Assembly (NCBI GenBank): GCA_963663765.2
Contig: CAXXUA010000015.1
Coordinates: 224,001-288,000, forward strand
Reading direction: 5' to 3'
DNA from: Candidatus Poribacteria bacterium
Lineage (GTDB): Bacteria > Poribacteria > WGA-4E > WGA-3G
Length of the DNA stretch: 64,000 nt
The position numbers were made by a program, and so were the translations under genes. The notes beneath the pieces were generated by a model that ran no database searches, was not told the DNA's origin, and saw nothing but the letters and a program-made list of their open reading frames with translations. Shown one piece after another: positions 38,884 to 49,435 of this stretch. How positions within the stretch are numbered: position 1 is the stretch's first letter; every line of letters begins with the position of its first letter.

Positions 38884-40701
38884 ATGAATGAATCGGGTGG
38901 TGAAATCCGCTCTATCCTTGCCACAGATTGTGGCAGCACAACGACAAAAGCAATTCTCATTGAAAAGCGCGGTGATGAGTATCAACTTATTGTGCGCGGT
39001 GAAGCTCCAACCACTGTTGAAGCACCTGTTGAAGATGTAACTGCAGGTGTCATCAATGCTATCACAGAAGTTGAAGAACTTGCTGGACGCAAGTTGCTTG
39101 ATAATGGTGTGATCATCAAACCACAAAACGGAGATACAGGCGTTGATATTTATATATCCACCAGTAGTGCGGGGGGTGGGTTGCAAATGATGGTTGCAGG
39201 TGTTGTACGTAATATGACTGGGGAGAGTGCTGAACGGGCAGCACTTGGCGCAGGGGCAATAGTAATGGATGTAATTGCCTCAAATGATAAACGTTTACCA
39301 CATGAAAAAATAGAGCGGATACGACAGTTACGTCCTGATATGTTTCTACTTTCAGGAGGTATTGATGGAGGTACTACCTCACATGTAGTAGAATTGGCAG
39401 AGATCATTGCAGCGGCGCGCCCACAACCACGACTCGGGATTGCGTATGAACTGCCACTGATCTATGCGGGGAATAAAGACGCTCGTGAATTGATTACTGA
39501 GCGTTTAGACGATGTGATGGCATTGCAAATAGTGGACAATCTCCGACCAGTTTTGGAACGTGAAGACCTAATGCCAACGCGTCACAAGATTCAGCAGCAG
39601 TTCCTTGAACACGTGATGGCACAAGCACCGGGTTATAAAAAACTTATTGATTGGACAGATGCCCCGATCATGCCAACCCCTGGGGCAGTCGGTGAAATCA
39701 TTCAGACCGTTTCATCACAACAGGATATTCAAGTCGTTGGTGTTGACATCGGTGGTGCTACAACCGATGTGTTTTCGGTATTCAAAAACCGTGATGCTGA
39801 AGCGATTTTCAACCGTACCGTGAGTGCTAACCTCGGCATGAGTTATAGTGTCTCCAATGTGCTTGCTGAAGCAGGGATTAACAATGTCATGCGATGGGTG
39901 CCTTTTGATATTGAAGTGGGTGACCTACGAAATCGTGTCAAAAACAAAATGATCCGTCCGACTACGATACCACAAACCTTACAGGAATTGGTTTTAGAAC
40001 AGGCAATTGCAAGAGAAGCACTCAGGTTGGCTTTTGAACAGCATAAACAGTTGGCTGTGGAATTGCGTGGTGTGCAACAGCAACGTACAATCTCTGAAGC
40101 ATTTGAACAAGCAGGGAGTGGACAGACACTCGTGAATATGCTAACCTTAGATATGCTTGTTGGTAGTGGAGGCGTTTTATCACATGCACCACGACGTCAG
40201 CAGTCAATGTTAATGATGATTGATGCATTTCAACCTGAAGGTGTAACACATCTTGCAGTAGATAGCATTTTTATGATGCCTCAACTTGGTGTGTTAGCAC
40301 AAGTCAATGTTGAAGCGGCGACACATGTTTTTGAACGTGATTGTCTGATTCATCTTGGAACTTGTATTGCACCCATTGGTACTGGTAAAGATGGAGAAAC
40401 ATGCTTGTCCTTAGAACTTAACATTCCCGATAAATCCACTGTGAGTGAAGAAATTCCGTTTGGAGAACTTCGTTTATATCCTCTCAATATCGGTGAACAA
40501 GCCTCTGTGAAACTCCAACCTTCACGTAAGTATGATATGGGGGCTGGACGGGGAACCCTTGTAGAAACAACTGCAATGGGTGGCGTGGTTGGACTGGTTA
40601 TTGATACCCGCGGAAGACCCCTTGAAATACCAACGGATTCTACAAGACGCGTGGAACAGTTGACAGAATGGCAGGAAGCATTGGACACATATCCAACATA
40701 A
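38884..40701 (+). CDS. Glutamate mutase L (GlmL)-family ASKHA ATPase
   Basis: ATDCGSTTTKA, STSSAGGGLQM, LSGGIDGG, VDIGGATTDVFS, GSGGVL. Confidence 0.85.
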   Translation: MNESGGEIRSILATDCGSTTTKAILIEKRGDEYQLIVRGEAPTTVEAPVEDVTAGVINAITEVEELAGRKLLDNGVIIKPQNGDTGVDIYISTSSAGGGLQMMVAGVVRNMTGESAERAALGAGAIVMDVIASNDKRLPHEKIERIRQLRPDMFLLSGGIDGGTTSHVVELAEIIAAARPQPRLGIAYELPLIYAGNKDARELITERLDDVMALQIVDNLRPVLEREDLMPTRHKIQQQFLEHVMAQAPGYKKLIDWTDAPIMPTPGAVGEIIQTVSSQQDIQVVGVDIGGATTDVFSVFKNRDAEAIFNRTVSANLGMSYSVSNVLAEAGINNVMRWVPFDIEVGDLRNRVKNKMIRPTTIPQTLQELVLEQAIAREALRLAFEQHKQLAVELRGVQQQRTISEAFEQAGSGQTLVNMLTLDMLVGSGGVLSHAPRRQQSMLMMIDAFQPEGVTHLAVDSIFMMPQLGVLAQVNVEAATHVFERDCLIHLGTCIAPIGTGKDGETCLSLELNIPDKSTVSEEIPFGELRLYPLNIGEQASVKLQPSRKYDMGAGRGTLVETTAMGGVVGLVIDTRGRPLEIPTDSTRRVEQLTEWQEALDTYPT

Positions 40702-41037
40702 TAAGAAACCTTTGATTGACACCTATTGAACGGTACAATAGATTGCTAAGGTTTGTGAATCGGTGAACACATCTAAGAATTATAATTTATTACTTTACAA
40801 AATATCAGATAAATGGTATTATACTGTTGTATTCAACAAATCATAATATATACCTACATATTATGGTAGTCACCCCAAAACAAGAATACAATATTGGGAC
40901 GATTTTCCCATCTACAGAAGTGAAAATTATCATTTACGACAGATATTGTTTTCACTTCATACTCTTTATTCATAGGGGATAATTTTATATTCAATTATTT
41001 TGATTGTAGTTCTAACATATTATTAAGGAGAAAAAAT

Positions 41038-41868
41038 ATGAAACTTAAACACTTTTTTTTCATAACAATTGTGTTTTGTATTGGTTTGGGATTAAGTGTC
41101 ACGGACTTTGTATACGCTGTAGGTGAAGCGAATGTTAAAGGTGGACCTTTGGAAGAAGCTGAATTTTTCCAAAATCCACCAGGTATAATCGACGAAGACC
41201 ATTCAGGTTTTAACACATGGATCAGCAAATGGTACGGCCCTAGTGGTAACTACACAGAGAGTGGTGGTCCGGGGTCAGTCATAAAGCGGGATCTTATTGA
41301 TGAGGGAACTAACGGAGAACTGACGCAGGAAGAACTCTCCACACTTGCCGGTTTGCAGAAGACACAAAACAAAGTTACAGATATTAATTGGGATAATCAC
41401 GGAGGTACCCGTGAATGGACTGTCTTTGAACTGGATCCAAACAGTGATAACAACATGAATAGAGGTGGTCCTGCTGATAACATAGACATCTATGGGATCA
41501 TAGTGATTGACTCACCCAAGACTATGACATCTGTGATGTCCCCCGCACACGATAATAACGCCCAGATATGGATCAATGGGGAAAAATGGTACTACCATTC
41601 TGAATGGACTGGTGCTGCAAAAAAGGTTGACTATAACGTTGAAATTGAGTTACAAAAAGGAGCTAATGTACTTCTATATCGCGTGAGTGAAGGTGGTGGC
41701 GGTGCATACATGAATTTGCATTTTGACGATGCAACACATGATGCAGTTGATATCTATCCGGACAAAGCTACAGATAAAGCAAGTTTTTTCACTGAAATCG
41801 CTGGTGTGCTTCCAGTAGAACCCAGAGGAAAACTTACTTCAATTTGGGCAGATATTAAGAGAAAATAG
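41038..41868 (+). CDS. Secreted protein (PA14-like beta-sandwich, tentative) with C-terminal PVEPRGKLTSIWADIK motif
   Basis: Signal peptide; HDNNAQIWING...ELQKGANVLL; same C-terminal motif as the LamG proteins. Confidence 0.75.
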   Translation: MKLKHFFFITIVFCIGLGLSVTDFVYAVGEANVKGGPLEEAEFFQNPPGIIDEDHSGFNTWISKWYGPSGNYTESGGPGSVIKRDLIDEGTNGELTQEELSTLAGLQKTQNKVTDINWDNHGGTREWTVFELDPNSDNNMNRGGPADNIDIYGIIVIDSPKTMTSVMSPAHDNNAQIWINGEKWYYHSEWTGAAKKVDYNVEIELQKGANVLLYRVSEGGGGAYMNLHFDDATHDAVDIYPDKATDKASFFTEIAGVLPVEPRGKLTSIWADIKRK

Positions 41869-41953
41869 TTTACATTCAATTACTTTACTGTAATTGGACA
41901 ATCACAAGTTAATTCTGTGTGTCCATTTCTACAGTAACGTATGAACTAAACAA

Positions 41954-41990
41954 AATTGGGCAACATACGACACACTTATGTTGCCCAATT
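41954..41990 (+). terminator. Stem-loop downstream of 41038-41868
   Basis: 14-bp perfect stem AATTGGGCAACATA / TATGTTGCCCAATT. Confidence 0.5.
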
Positions 41991-42289
41991 CTATGTTGAA
42001 TAAAAGAAAATTTTGGAAAAGTTTTGTGTGCATTACCTTACCCATCCTAAAATCCTTGGTTTTGCAGTGTTTTTAGCACGATATTGTCATAATCACCAAA
42101 TCAAGGGAATGAAAGCCTTTTGGTATACCTACCCTTGAATTGACATAATCAGTGCCTTCAAAGCATTCAGTGTTCTTGACAATACAGTATTCAGCCGTAA
42201 GAAATCAAATAATTGATAGCAGATAGCCGATAACCGATCTCACAAACCCATTGTAAACCTATTGAAAATCCTGGTTCAGATAAAGAATG

Positions 42290-42371
42290 AGTTAATTCCC
42301 AAAAAATAAGAAAACTCAATGAATAACGAATGTGATAGAATTTATTCAATAAATTGAAGACTGAATAACCC
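42290..42371. mobile_element. MITE family E fragment
   Basis: Ends in GACTGAATAACCC; reverse-complement match to 13222-13300. Confidence 0.6.
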
Positions 42372-42563
42372 TGCCCAATAATTTAGATTAATTGACTTCA
42401 AGCTATAGACCATGTATAATAAACAATAATAAACACAAACTTAAATGAGGCGGACGTATGTCAGGTTAGAATACCTATCTATCGGATTGAGTTCTGCATG
42501 TGTCCCAACTCATAAAACCAGCAAGTAATTACAATAGATTTATTACATCCATCATAAAACCTA

Positions 42564-42686
42564 TAGGACTTACGCAATTTTCATGATTTGATGAAGAATT
42601 ATGACGAAAATGTTGTAATTTTCAGCATTTTTTCGGTTTCCAGCGCGCTTACAAAGCACGCCTACCGTTGGGGAGCGTAAGTACTG
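42564..42686. mobile_element. MITE family A (degenerate), TSD AC(C/T)TA
   Basis: TAGGACTTACGCA...AGCGTAAGTACTG. Confidence 0.8.
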
Positions 42687-42706
42687 ACTTAAAAAATGAG
42701 AAAAAT

Positions 42707-44734
42707 ATGCAACAACAGAAACCTCAAGATCAGACTTTCACTAACACTATTGGCATGCAATTCGTTAGAATTGAACCAGGAACCTTTATGATGGGGTCTG
42801 CAGATGCAAATCTCTCAGATGAACTAATAGAAGGCAGGACGCATTTGAGAGATGGAGATTGGGACGAACAGCCAATTCATCAAGTCACCCTTACTACACC
42901 ATTATATCTGGGTATGTTTCAGGTGACGAATGCACAATACGAGGAATTGATACCAAATCATAGGAAACTACGCGGCAAATTAGGCTTCTCAAGGAACGAT
43001 GATGAAGCTGTTGTTTTCGTAGATTGGCACGAAGCAACACATTTTTGTGAATTGCTATCTGAAAATGAGGGTATTCACTATAGGCTACCCACTGAAGCAG
43101 AATGGGAGTATGTATGTAGAGCAGGAACGACTTCGCATTTTCATACAGGTGATACTTTACCGGATGTATTTCGCAAGAACATCTGTGAAAGTTGGTATCC
43201 TGATGAAGGTCGCAGTCGAGGAGAAGATGAAATAGTACCTTTACACGTCGGTAAAACACATCCGAATGCATGGGGTATATACGACATGCATGGAAACGTT
43301 GAGGAGTGGTGTCAAGATTGGTATGGGGCTTATGAACAACAATCGCAGATTGATCCTGTAGGTCGCGAAAGTGGTTTGTATCGTGTGACCCGAGGTGGTA
43401 GCCATTCAACTTTACTATGTTATCTACGTTCGGCAAATCGCATGGGAGCATTACCTGAAGATAAACACTGGTACATTGGATTTCGAGTCGTATGTGGGGA
43501 ACTACCAAAAACATCTTCACTACATCCTACACCAAAAGTAGCGTTATGGGGTCGTAATGTTAAACAGGATTCAGCAAGTGCGTCAACACCTGAAACCCCT
43601 TACTTTGCAGAACCCATACCTTTTGTCCGAATTCCAGAAGGATCAAATGGTCCACTGTTTTCAAATCACAATCACGTACCTGGTATTGTGGAATGTCCAA
43701 ACGGTGATATGTTTGCAGCGTGGTATTCTTGTGTAACCGAACGGGGACGCGAGTTGACAGTCGCTGCAAGTCGGTTACGTTATGGTGAAACGGAATGGGA
43801 TCCTGCTGAACCTTTTTGGGGTGCTCCAGATAGAAACAATCACGCAACATGTTTGTGGTGCAATGAGAATGGTAGGATATATCATTTTAACGGCATTTCT
43901 GCTGCAGCGACATGGGGTCCTTTAGCGTTAGTGATGCGTTATTCTGATGACAATGGAGCAACATGGTCTGAACCACGCTTTATTTCACCTGAACATCGTT
44001 TGCGGCACATGCCGATTGCCTCTGTGTTCCGAAGACAAGACGGCTCAATACTTCTGGCATGCGATGCAGTCAGTGGAGGTAACGGAGGGACAGCAATTTG
44101 GATTAGCGAGGATGATGGTGAAACCTGGTTTGATCCAGGTGAAGGACAACCAATGCCTGAATTTGCTTCGGGCAAAACAGGGGGATGGATTGCGGGGATT
44201 CACGCTGCTGTAGTGGAATTATCGGATGGTAGGTTAATGGCGTATGGACGAGGAGATACAATTGAAGGTCGTATGCCAAAAAGTCTATCTGCAGATGGTG
44301 GCAAAACTTGGCATTACAGTCCAAGTCCATTTCCACCTATTTCTGGGGGGCAGCGCTGTGTGTTCTTACGTCTAAAAGAAGGACCTATTTTCCTTGCATC
44401 TTTTACAGGTAGCCGAAAGACACCTGAAACGATGTCTATTGTTGATGAAACTGGTAATGAACGTCCTGTTACAGGACTATTCAGTGCGCTCTCTTATGAT
44501 GATGGCGAAACTTGGACACATATCCGCATGATATCCGATGATGGACCTGACCGAGAAGTTGAGACGATGGATGGACGTCCATTCATAATGGGTCTGAATA
44601 GTGCTGAACCCGGAGGTTATCTCGCTGTCTGTCAAGGAAGAAATGGGATTATACATCTCATAAGTAGTAAACAGCATTACAGATTTAACTATAAATGGTT
44701 ACAAGAAGTTCCGCCAGCAGGTGTCAGGAAATAA
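42707..44734 (+). CDS. FGE-sulfatase (SUMF1-like) domain fused to a BNR/sialidase-like beta-propeller
   Basis: YRLPTEAEWEY.CRAG, PNAWGIYDMHGNVEEW, RGGS, GFRVV; Asp-boxes YSDDNGATW, ISEDDGETW, LSADGGKTW, LSYDDGETW. Confidence 0.9.
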   Translation: MQQQKPQDQTFTNTIGMQFVRIEPGTFMMGSADANLSDELIEGRTHLRDGDWDEQPIHQVTLTTPLYLGMFQVTNAQYEELIPNHRKLRGKLGFSRNDDEAVVFVDWHEATHFCELLSENEGIHYRLPTEAEWEYVCRAGTTSHFHTGDTLPDVFRKNICESWYPDEGRSRGEDEIVPLHVGKTHPNAWGIYDMHGNVEEWCQDWYGAYEQQSQIDPVGRESGLYRVTRGGSHSTLLCYLRSANRMGALPEDKHWYIGFRVVCGELPKTSSLHPTPKVALWGRNVKQDSASASTPETPYFAEPIPFVRIPEGSNGPLFSNHNHVPGIVECPNGDMFAAWYSCVTERGRELTVAASRLRYGETEWDPAEPFWGAPDRNNHATCLWCNENGRIYHFNGISAAATWGPLALVMRYSDDNGATWSEPRFISPEHRLRHMPIASVFRRQDGSILLACDAVSGGNGGTAIWISEDDGETWFDPGEGQPMPEFASGKTGGWIAGIHAAVVELSDGRLMAYGRGDTIEGRMPKSLSADGGKTWHYSPSPFPPISGGQRCVFLRLKEGPIFLASFTGSRKTPETMSIVDETGNERPVTGLFSALSYDDGETWTHIRMISDDGPDREVETMDGRPFIMGLNSAEPGGYLAVCQGRNGIIHLISSKQHYRFNYKWLQEVPPAGVRK

Positions 44735-44735
44735 G

Positions 44736-45626
44736 ATGATACTACCGTTTCAAAATCAGAATGTTGAGGTCAAAACAGAACTTAGGGAAAGTAATGATAT
44801 AATAGAATATCCAGGAAAGCTGCACGAAAGGATAGAAGAAGATGGATATTTGTTAATTCGTGGATTACATGACAAGGATACTGTCCTTGCGGCGCGGCGA
44901 CAAATTCTGGAAAAGCTGAACCAAAAAGGAATGATTGCACCTGATAAACCCTTAATGGATGGCGTTTTCAATACGGATTATCCTGAACCCACATCAACAG
45001 GTTCCATGTTAAATAAAGACATGACTCAGATATCTTCTTTTAAAGCAGTGGTTGAAGGTTCACCTATTTTGAACTTTTTTAAGTTTTTTCTTGGTGGTGA
45101 AGTGAGGACGTTTGATTTCAAATGGTTGCGCACTGCCGGTCCCGGCTCCAGCTCTCCAATCCATTACGATATAGTTTTTATGAGTAGAGGCACGCAAAAC
45201 CTATATTCCTGTTGGACTCCTTTTGGTGATGTCGCGTTGGAAATGGGACCAATAGTCTTTTGTCTGGGATCACACAGATTTGAAAAGGTTCGACAAACCT
45301 ATGGACAATCTGATGTTGACCGAGACTTGATTGAGGGGCATTTCAGTGACAATCCGCTTGATATTGTTGATACCTTTGGAGGAGAATGGGCAACGACTAC
45401 ATTTTCTGTTGGTGATGTTGTCATATTTAGTATGTATTTAATGCATGCTTCTCTCGTTAATACATCTGACAAAATCCGAATAACTGCGGATACACGTTAT
45501 CAACTTGCATCCGAACCTATTGATGAACGTTGGATTGGTGAAAAACCGAAAGGCCATTACGCTTGGAAGCAACCAGATGCAAAGATTGAGTCGTTGGATG
45601 AATCACGTCGTCGGTGGGGTATTTAA
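44736..45626 (+). CDS. Phytanoyl-CoA dioxygenase (PhyH) family 2OG-Fe(II) enzyme
   Basis: EEDGYL, HYD, WTPFGD, GSH, GDVVIF...H.S..N....R. Confidence 0.9.
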   Translation: MILPFQNQNVEVKTELRESNDIIEYPGKLHERIEEDGYLLIRGLHDKDTVLAARRQILEKLNQKGMIAPDKPLMDGVFNTDYPEPTSTGSMLNKDMTQISSFKAVVEGSPILNFFKFFLGGEVRTFDFKWLRTAGPGSSSPIHYDIVFMSRGTQNLYSCWTPFGDVALEMGPIVFCLGSHRFEKVRQTYGQSDVDRDLIEGHFSDNPLDIVDTFGGEWATTTFSVGDVVIFSMYLMHASLVNTSDKIRITADTRYQLASEPIDERWIGEKPKGHYAWKQPDAKIESLDESRRRWGI

Positions 45627-45781
45627 TACCAATTCAAATAAATCTTGTCTCATTAAGGAATTCTAATGTTTACTGGCAGGGGGTTACTCTCTTCGGTAGG
45701 AGCGACCTCCCGGTCGCGACCGTGAGGTCGCTCCTACCAGATTTCCGCTGCTAATGAGACATTATCACATGAAAATGGTAT
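45626..45781. mobile_element. MITE family F (copy 2)
   Basis: Reverse complement of 11688-11843. Confidence 0.8.
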
Positions 45782-45828
45782 AAGTTTTATTTCTACCATT
45801 TCTCATAAATAAACATGGGTTTGAGTTT

Positions 45829-46917
45829 ATGAATAGCGATTCATTAGAACAAACAAAAAGCAGAAATGCAAAATTTGTTCCATTTTTTCTCATTTTAATA
45901 GCAGCGCTCGCGATTGGTCTTGTGATAAGGCATTTCACGAGCAATCCTCAAGAAACCATTGGTGGATCTTGGGAAGTATACTTTAGTGATGTATATGCAG
46001 GTGAACTTGCACCTGATACGCCGAATACACTGGACAAGCGATTGATTGAAAAGCTTGCTTCAGCACAAACGCAAATTGATGGTGCTCTATACGATCTGGA
46101 TTCAACGCCAATTGCAACTGCTTTGATCAATGCACATCACCGTGGTGTTAAAGTTAGAATTTTTACAGAGAATGACAATGCGGATGAAGATGAAATTAAG
46201 CGATTGTATTCTGCGGGGATTCCCGTTCGTGACGATGCTGATAATGACGGGTATATGCATCATAAGTTCTTTGTAATTGACGAAAGGTATGTTTGGACCG
46301 GTTCTTACAACACAACCTATAATGGTGCATATAAAAACAATAATAACGTTCTGTGGTTTGACTCAATTCCTTTAGCAATCAACTTCTCAAAAGAATTTCA
46401 TAATATCTACTTTTCTGAAGAAAACGGTAATATCACTGATGCGAATGTTCCACATCCGCATGTGACTCTGAGCGATGGGACACAGATTTTTACATATTTT
46501 TCTCCTGAAAGTGATACAGTTACACCGATATTGCAGGAGATAAATTCTGCGATCAAGTCAATTCATTTCATGGCTTTCTCTTTTACACAAGATAGCATTG
46601 GACAAGCGATGTGTGACCTTTTTCAAAATGGAATTCTGGTGGAAGGTATTTTTGATGAAAGTGGAATAAACAAATATTCAGAAAACGAGAAAATGAAAAA
46701 CGCAAACATGTCAGTAGTTATTGATACTGGAGCAGGTGTAATGCATCACAAGGTAATTATTATTGATGCAGACAGAGTTATAACTGGTTCGTATAATTTC
46801 TCAAAAAATGCAGCGACTCGTAATAGCGAAAACCTTCTGATTATCAAGGGAAATAACAAAATTCCTGAAATGTTTCTTGAGGAGTTTCATAGAATAAGAG
46901 GGAGTATATCACAATAG
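45829..46917 (+). CDS. Phospholipase D family protein with two HKD domains and an N-terminal TM helix
   Basis: MHHKFFVID...TGSYN and MHHKVIIID...TGSYNFS. Confidence 0.92.
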   Translation: MNSDSLEQTKSRNAKFVPFFLILIAALAIGLVIRHFTSNPQETIGGSWEVYFSDVYAGELAPDTPNTLDKRLIEKLASAQTQIDGALYDLDSTPIATALINAHHRGVKVRIFTENDNADEDEIKRLYSAGIPVRDDADNDGYMHHKFFVIDERYVWTGSYNTTYNGAYKNNNNVLWFDSIPLAINFSKEFHNIYFSEENGNITDANVPHPHVTLSDGTQIFTYFSPESDTVTPILQEINSAIKSIHFMAFSFTQDSIGQAMCDLFQNGILVEGIFDESGINKYSENEKMKNANMSVVIDTGAGVMHHKVIIIDADRVITGSYNFSKNAATRNSENLLIIKGNNKIPEMFLEEFHRIRGSISQ

Positions 46918-46948
46918 TTAGAAATAAAATCATCGTAAAGTCGACTCA

Positions 46949-48079
46949 TTACCGTTCTCCCAATTTTATAGAATAAGACTTCACATGATTGTTTCTTTGA
47001 ATCTTTAACTTTATTCTTGTGTTAGGTGATTCGCTCCCAACACACCTTAGCAGGTCTGGAAATTTCTGCACAGGAGTGTTATTAAATTGAAGTATTACAT
47101 CTTTTGGTAATATTCCACTTTTGTGTGCTGGACCGTTTGTTACAACACTCGTAACAAAAACACCGAATTCATTTGTATCAGTTTCAACCCCCAACCAACC
47201 CCGTGGCACTTTACCATGCTTTATTATTTCAGATGAAACGAATTTTACTGTCTCTATAGGCACAGCAAAAGTAATTTCAGGACGATTTAATAAATCAATA
47301 GGAAGTTGGAAAGGAATAGTGAATTCACCCTTGGTTTCAGCAGTAATTTTCGGATGATTCAATATTTGCATGGGTAACTGTAGGGGAAACGAGGGTTGAT
47401 TATGGGGTTCGGAGAGAACTGCAAGTATCATTCCTACGACCTCACCTGAGGTATTTACAACAGCACCACCACTGTTTCCTGGAGAAATTGGAGCATTGAT
47501 TTTAATCAATTCATTACAAGGGTGTGCTGGTAAGGTTTCCTTACCACTAACAATGCCGAATGAAATGATTGGATTTACCCCATGCGATCTACCTATCGTA
47601 ACGACCCATGAACCTGTATCAATTCGTTTTGAATTACCAGACTTTATCTGCATCGGCAATTTCTTCTCTGTCTTAAGCACAACAAGATCCGTCAATTCAT
47701 CCATACCTACAATTTTGGCTGGAATACTCACGTTATTGTTTAAAGTAACTACAATCTTATTGGGTTTCAAATTAAACGTTGTCGTTGCAATGTGTCCCTC
47801 TTTATCAAGAACAAGTCCTGAACTAATGTTTTGAGAGATGGTTTTCATCTTGTTGTTTTTGCCTGGAAGTTGTGTAGTTTTTGTTTGTGTTGCAATGACC
47901 TTGACTACGTTGGGGCGCGATGTAGTGACAACTTTCTTGAATTCATTTTCAAGCTGCTGCAATACAGTTTCAATTGCGTAAATTGTTGAAGCACTACTCA
48001 AGAGAACAATTAGGATACATGCACAAAAAATGCTGATTGTATTAAAAATGTTTTTCTTTAAATATCGTTTTGCTTTCAT
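46949..48079 (-). CDS. HtrA/DegP-like trypsin domain + PDZ protein (catalytic His apparently missing)
   Basis: SSGLVL...GHIATTTFNL, TDLVVLK, ISPGNSGG, RGWLGV PDZ. Confidence 0.88.
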   Translation of the reverse strand: MKAKRYLKKNIFNTISIFCACILIVLLSSASTIYAIETVLQQLENEFKKVVTTSRPNVVKVIATQTKTTQLPGKNNKMKTISQNISSGLVLDKEGHIATTTFNLKPNKIVVTLNNNVSIPAKIVGMDELTDLVVLKTEKKLPMQIKSGNSKRIDTGSWVVTIGRSHGVNPIISFGIVSGKETLPAHPCNELIKINAPISPGNSGGAVVNTSGEVVGMILAVLSEPHNQPSFPLQLPMQILNHPKITAETKGEFTIPFQLPIDLLNRPEITFAVPIETVKFVSSEIIKHGKVPRGWLGVETDTNEFGVFVTSVVTNGPAHKSGILPKDVILQFNNTPVQKFPDLLRCVGSESPNTRIKLKIQRNNHVKSYSIKLGER

Positions 48080-48083
48080 TGAC

Positions 48084-48638
48084 CTATAATCCTCCAGCTA
48101 AAGATGGGGTGGTGTAACTTACTCGTTTTAGGATATATTGCTGTTGCATGGGTTGATTTGAATTTGTTCCAATCAAATCAGATCCTTCCATACCCCTTGG
48201 AAAAAATTGGTCAGTTATAACATTTTGTAGTTCTTTTGCACTAATGTTATCAGGATAAACTATAGTATCATTAGACTGTGTTTCAGCATTAAAAATGGCA
48301 TCATAATAATAGAAGGTACCTGCACCTGCTAAAACCAAAATTAGCACACTACCAATTGCCCATTTTGGTATTTTAAACAGATCATATACTCGCTGCCAAA
48401 ATGGTATGTTTTTTATTGTTTCCTCTGAGATTCGTTGCAATAATAACGGTACGAAATTGGGTGCGGGATCAATCTCTGGTAGTTGTTGGGTTGCTTTCAC
48501 AGATGCTTGAAATAGATTATATTCTTTCTGACATGAGGCGCATTCTGCCATGTGAGACTTAAGTTGGTGTAAAATCTGTTTGTCAAGGGTGTCCTCAAAA
48601 TGTGCAGAGAAGTATTCCTTAGCCTGTAAGCAGTTCAT
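48084..48638 (-). CDS. Zinc-finger (zf-HC2) transmembrane anti-sigma factor
   Basis: MNC...HMAECASC; single TM helix; coupled to the sigma gene. Confidence 0.9.
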   Translation of the reverse strand: MNCLQAKEYFSAHFEDTLDKQILHQLKSHMAECASCQKEYNLFQASVKATQQLPEIDPAPNFVPLLLQRISEETIKNIPFWQRVYDLFKIPKWAIGSVLILVLAGAGTFYYYDAIFNAETQSNDTIVYPDNISAKELQNVITDQFFPRGMEGSDLIGTNSNQPMQQQYILKRVSYTTPSLAGGL

Positions 48639-49243
48639 AATAACTCCATAAATGATTTTAGTTTATCTTTCAACATCAATCGTGCTCTGTTGATACGTGA
48701 TTTTGTTGTTCCGTTAGGCAGTTCAAGTATTTTGCTGATTTCATGGTAACTTAGTCCTTGTATATCTCGTAGAATCAGCGGAAAACGATATTTTTCTGGT
48801 AATTCCGCTATAGCTTCTTGCGTAGCTTTTAGGAGTTCCTTCCGTTCAATAGCAACTTCTGGTTGGAAGGCAGCGTTTGCTGGTGCGGTTGCGATAAGGT
48901 CAATTTGATCTTCATTACCACCAGATATTTGTTCGCTTGTAATGACATTATCAATACGGTACCTGTCTCGTCTTCCTCTGTTACGAATTTCATTCTTGCA
49001 TAGGTTTTTCGCGATGAAGTACATCCATGTTTTAAACTGTGCGCGACCCGGTTTGTATCTATTTGCAGCCTTGAACATACGTATAAACGTATCCTGTGCT
49101 AAGTCTTCAGCATTATCCCTATCCCCGATAAACCTTGCTATGAAATTAACAAGTGGTTTATGATGCCGTCGTACTATGCTGTTAAACGCGTCCTCATCAC
49201 CTTTTTGAAAGCGTTGCATTAGTTCATCATCTGATTCTGCCAT
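48635..49243 (-). CDS. ECF RNA polymerase sigma factor (RpoE/SigW-like)
   Basis: AEDLAQDTF, FKTWMYFIAKN, GLSYHEIS..L....GTTKSRINRAR. Confidence 0.95.
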   Translation of the reverse strand: MAESDDELMQRFQKGDEDAFNSIVRRHHKPLVNFIARFIGDRDNAEDLAQDTFIRMFKAANRYKPGRAQFKTWMYFIAKNLCKNEIRNRGRRDRYRIDNVITSEQISGGNEDQIDLIATAPANAAFQPEVAIERKELLKATQEAIAELPEKYRFPLILRDIQGLSYHEISKILELPNGTTKSRINRARLMLKDKLKSFMELL

Positions 49244-49435
49244 TCGGCACCTCCGGCGATGCTTTCATAAATATACACACCAAACAGTATATTTAGTTGC
49301 AAGTTATTTCAACTATATTGTTTGGAACGTAAATTAATGGCAGACGCTTACAACTTGACATCAGGTTGTTTTTTGTTTATGATTATCACATTAATATCGT
49401 TATTCTTGGTTAAAATGATAACAGCATTTACAAAA

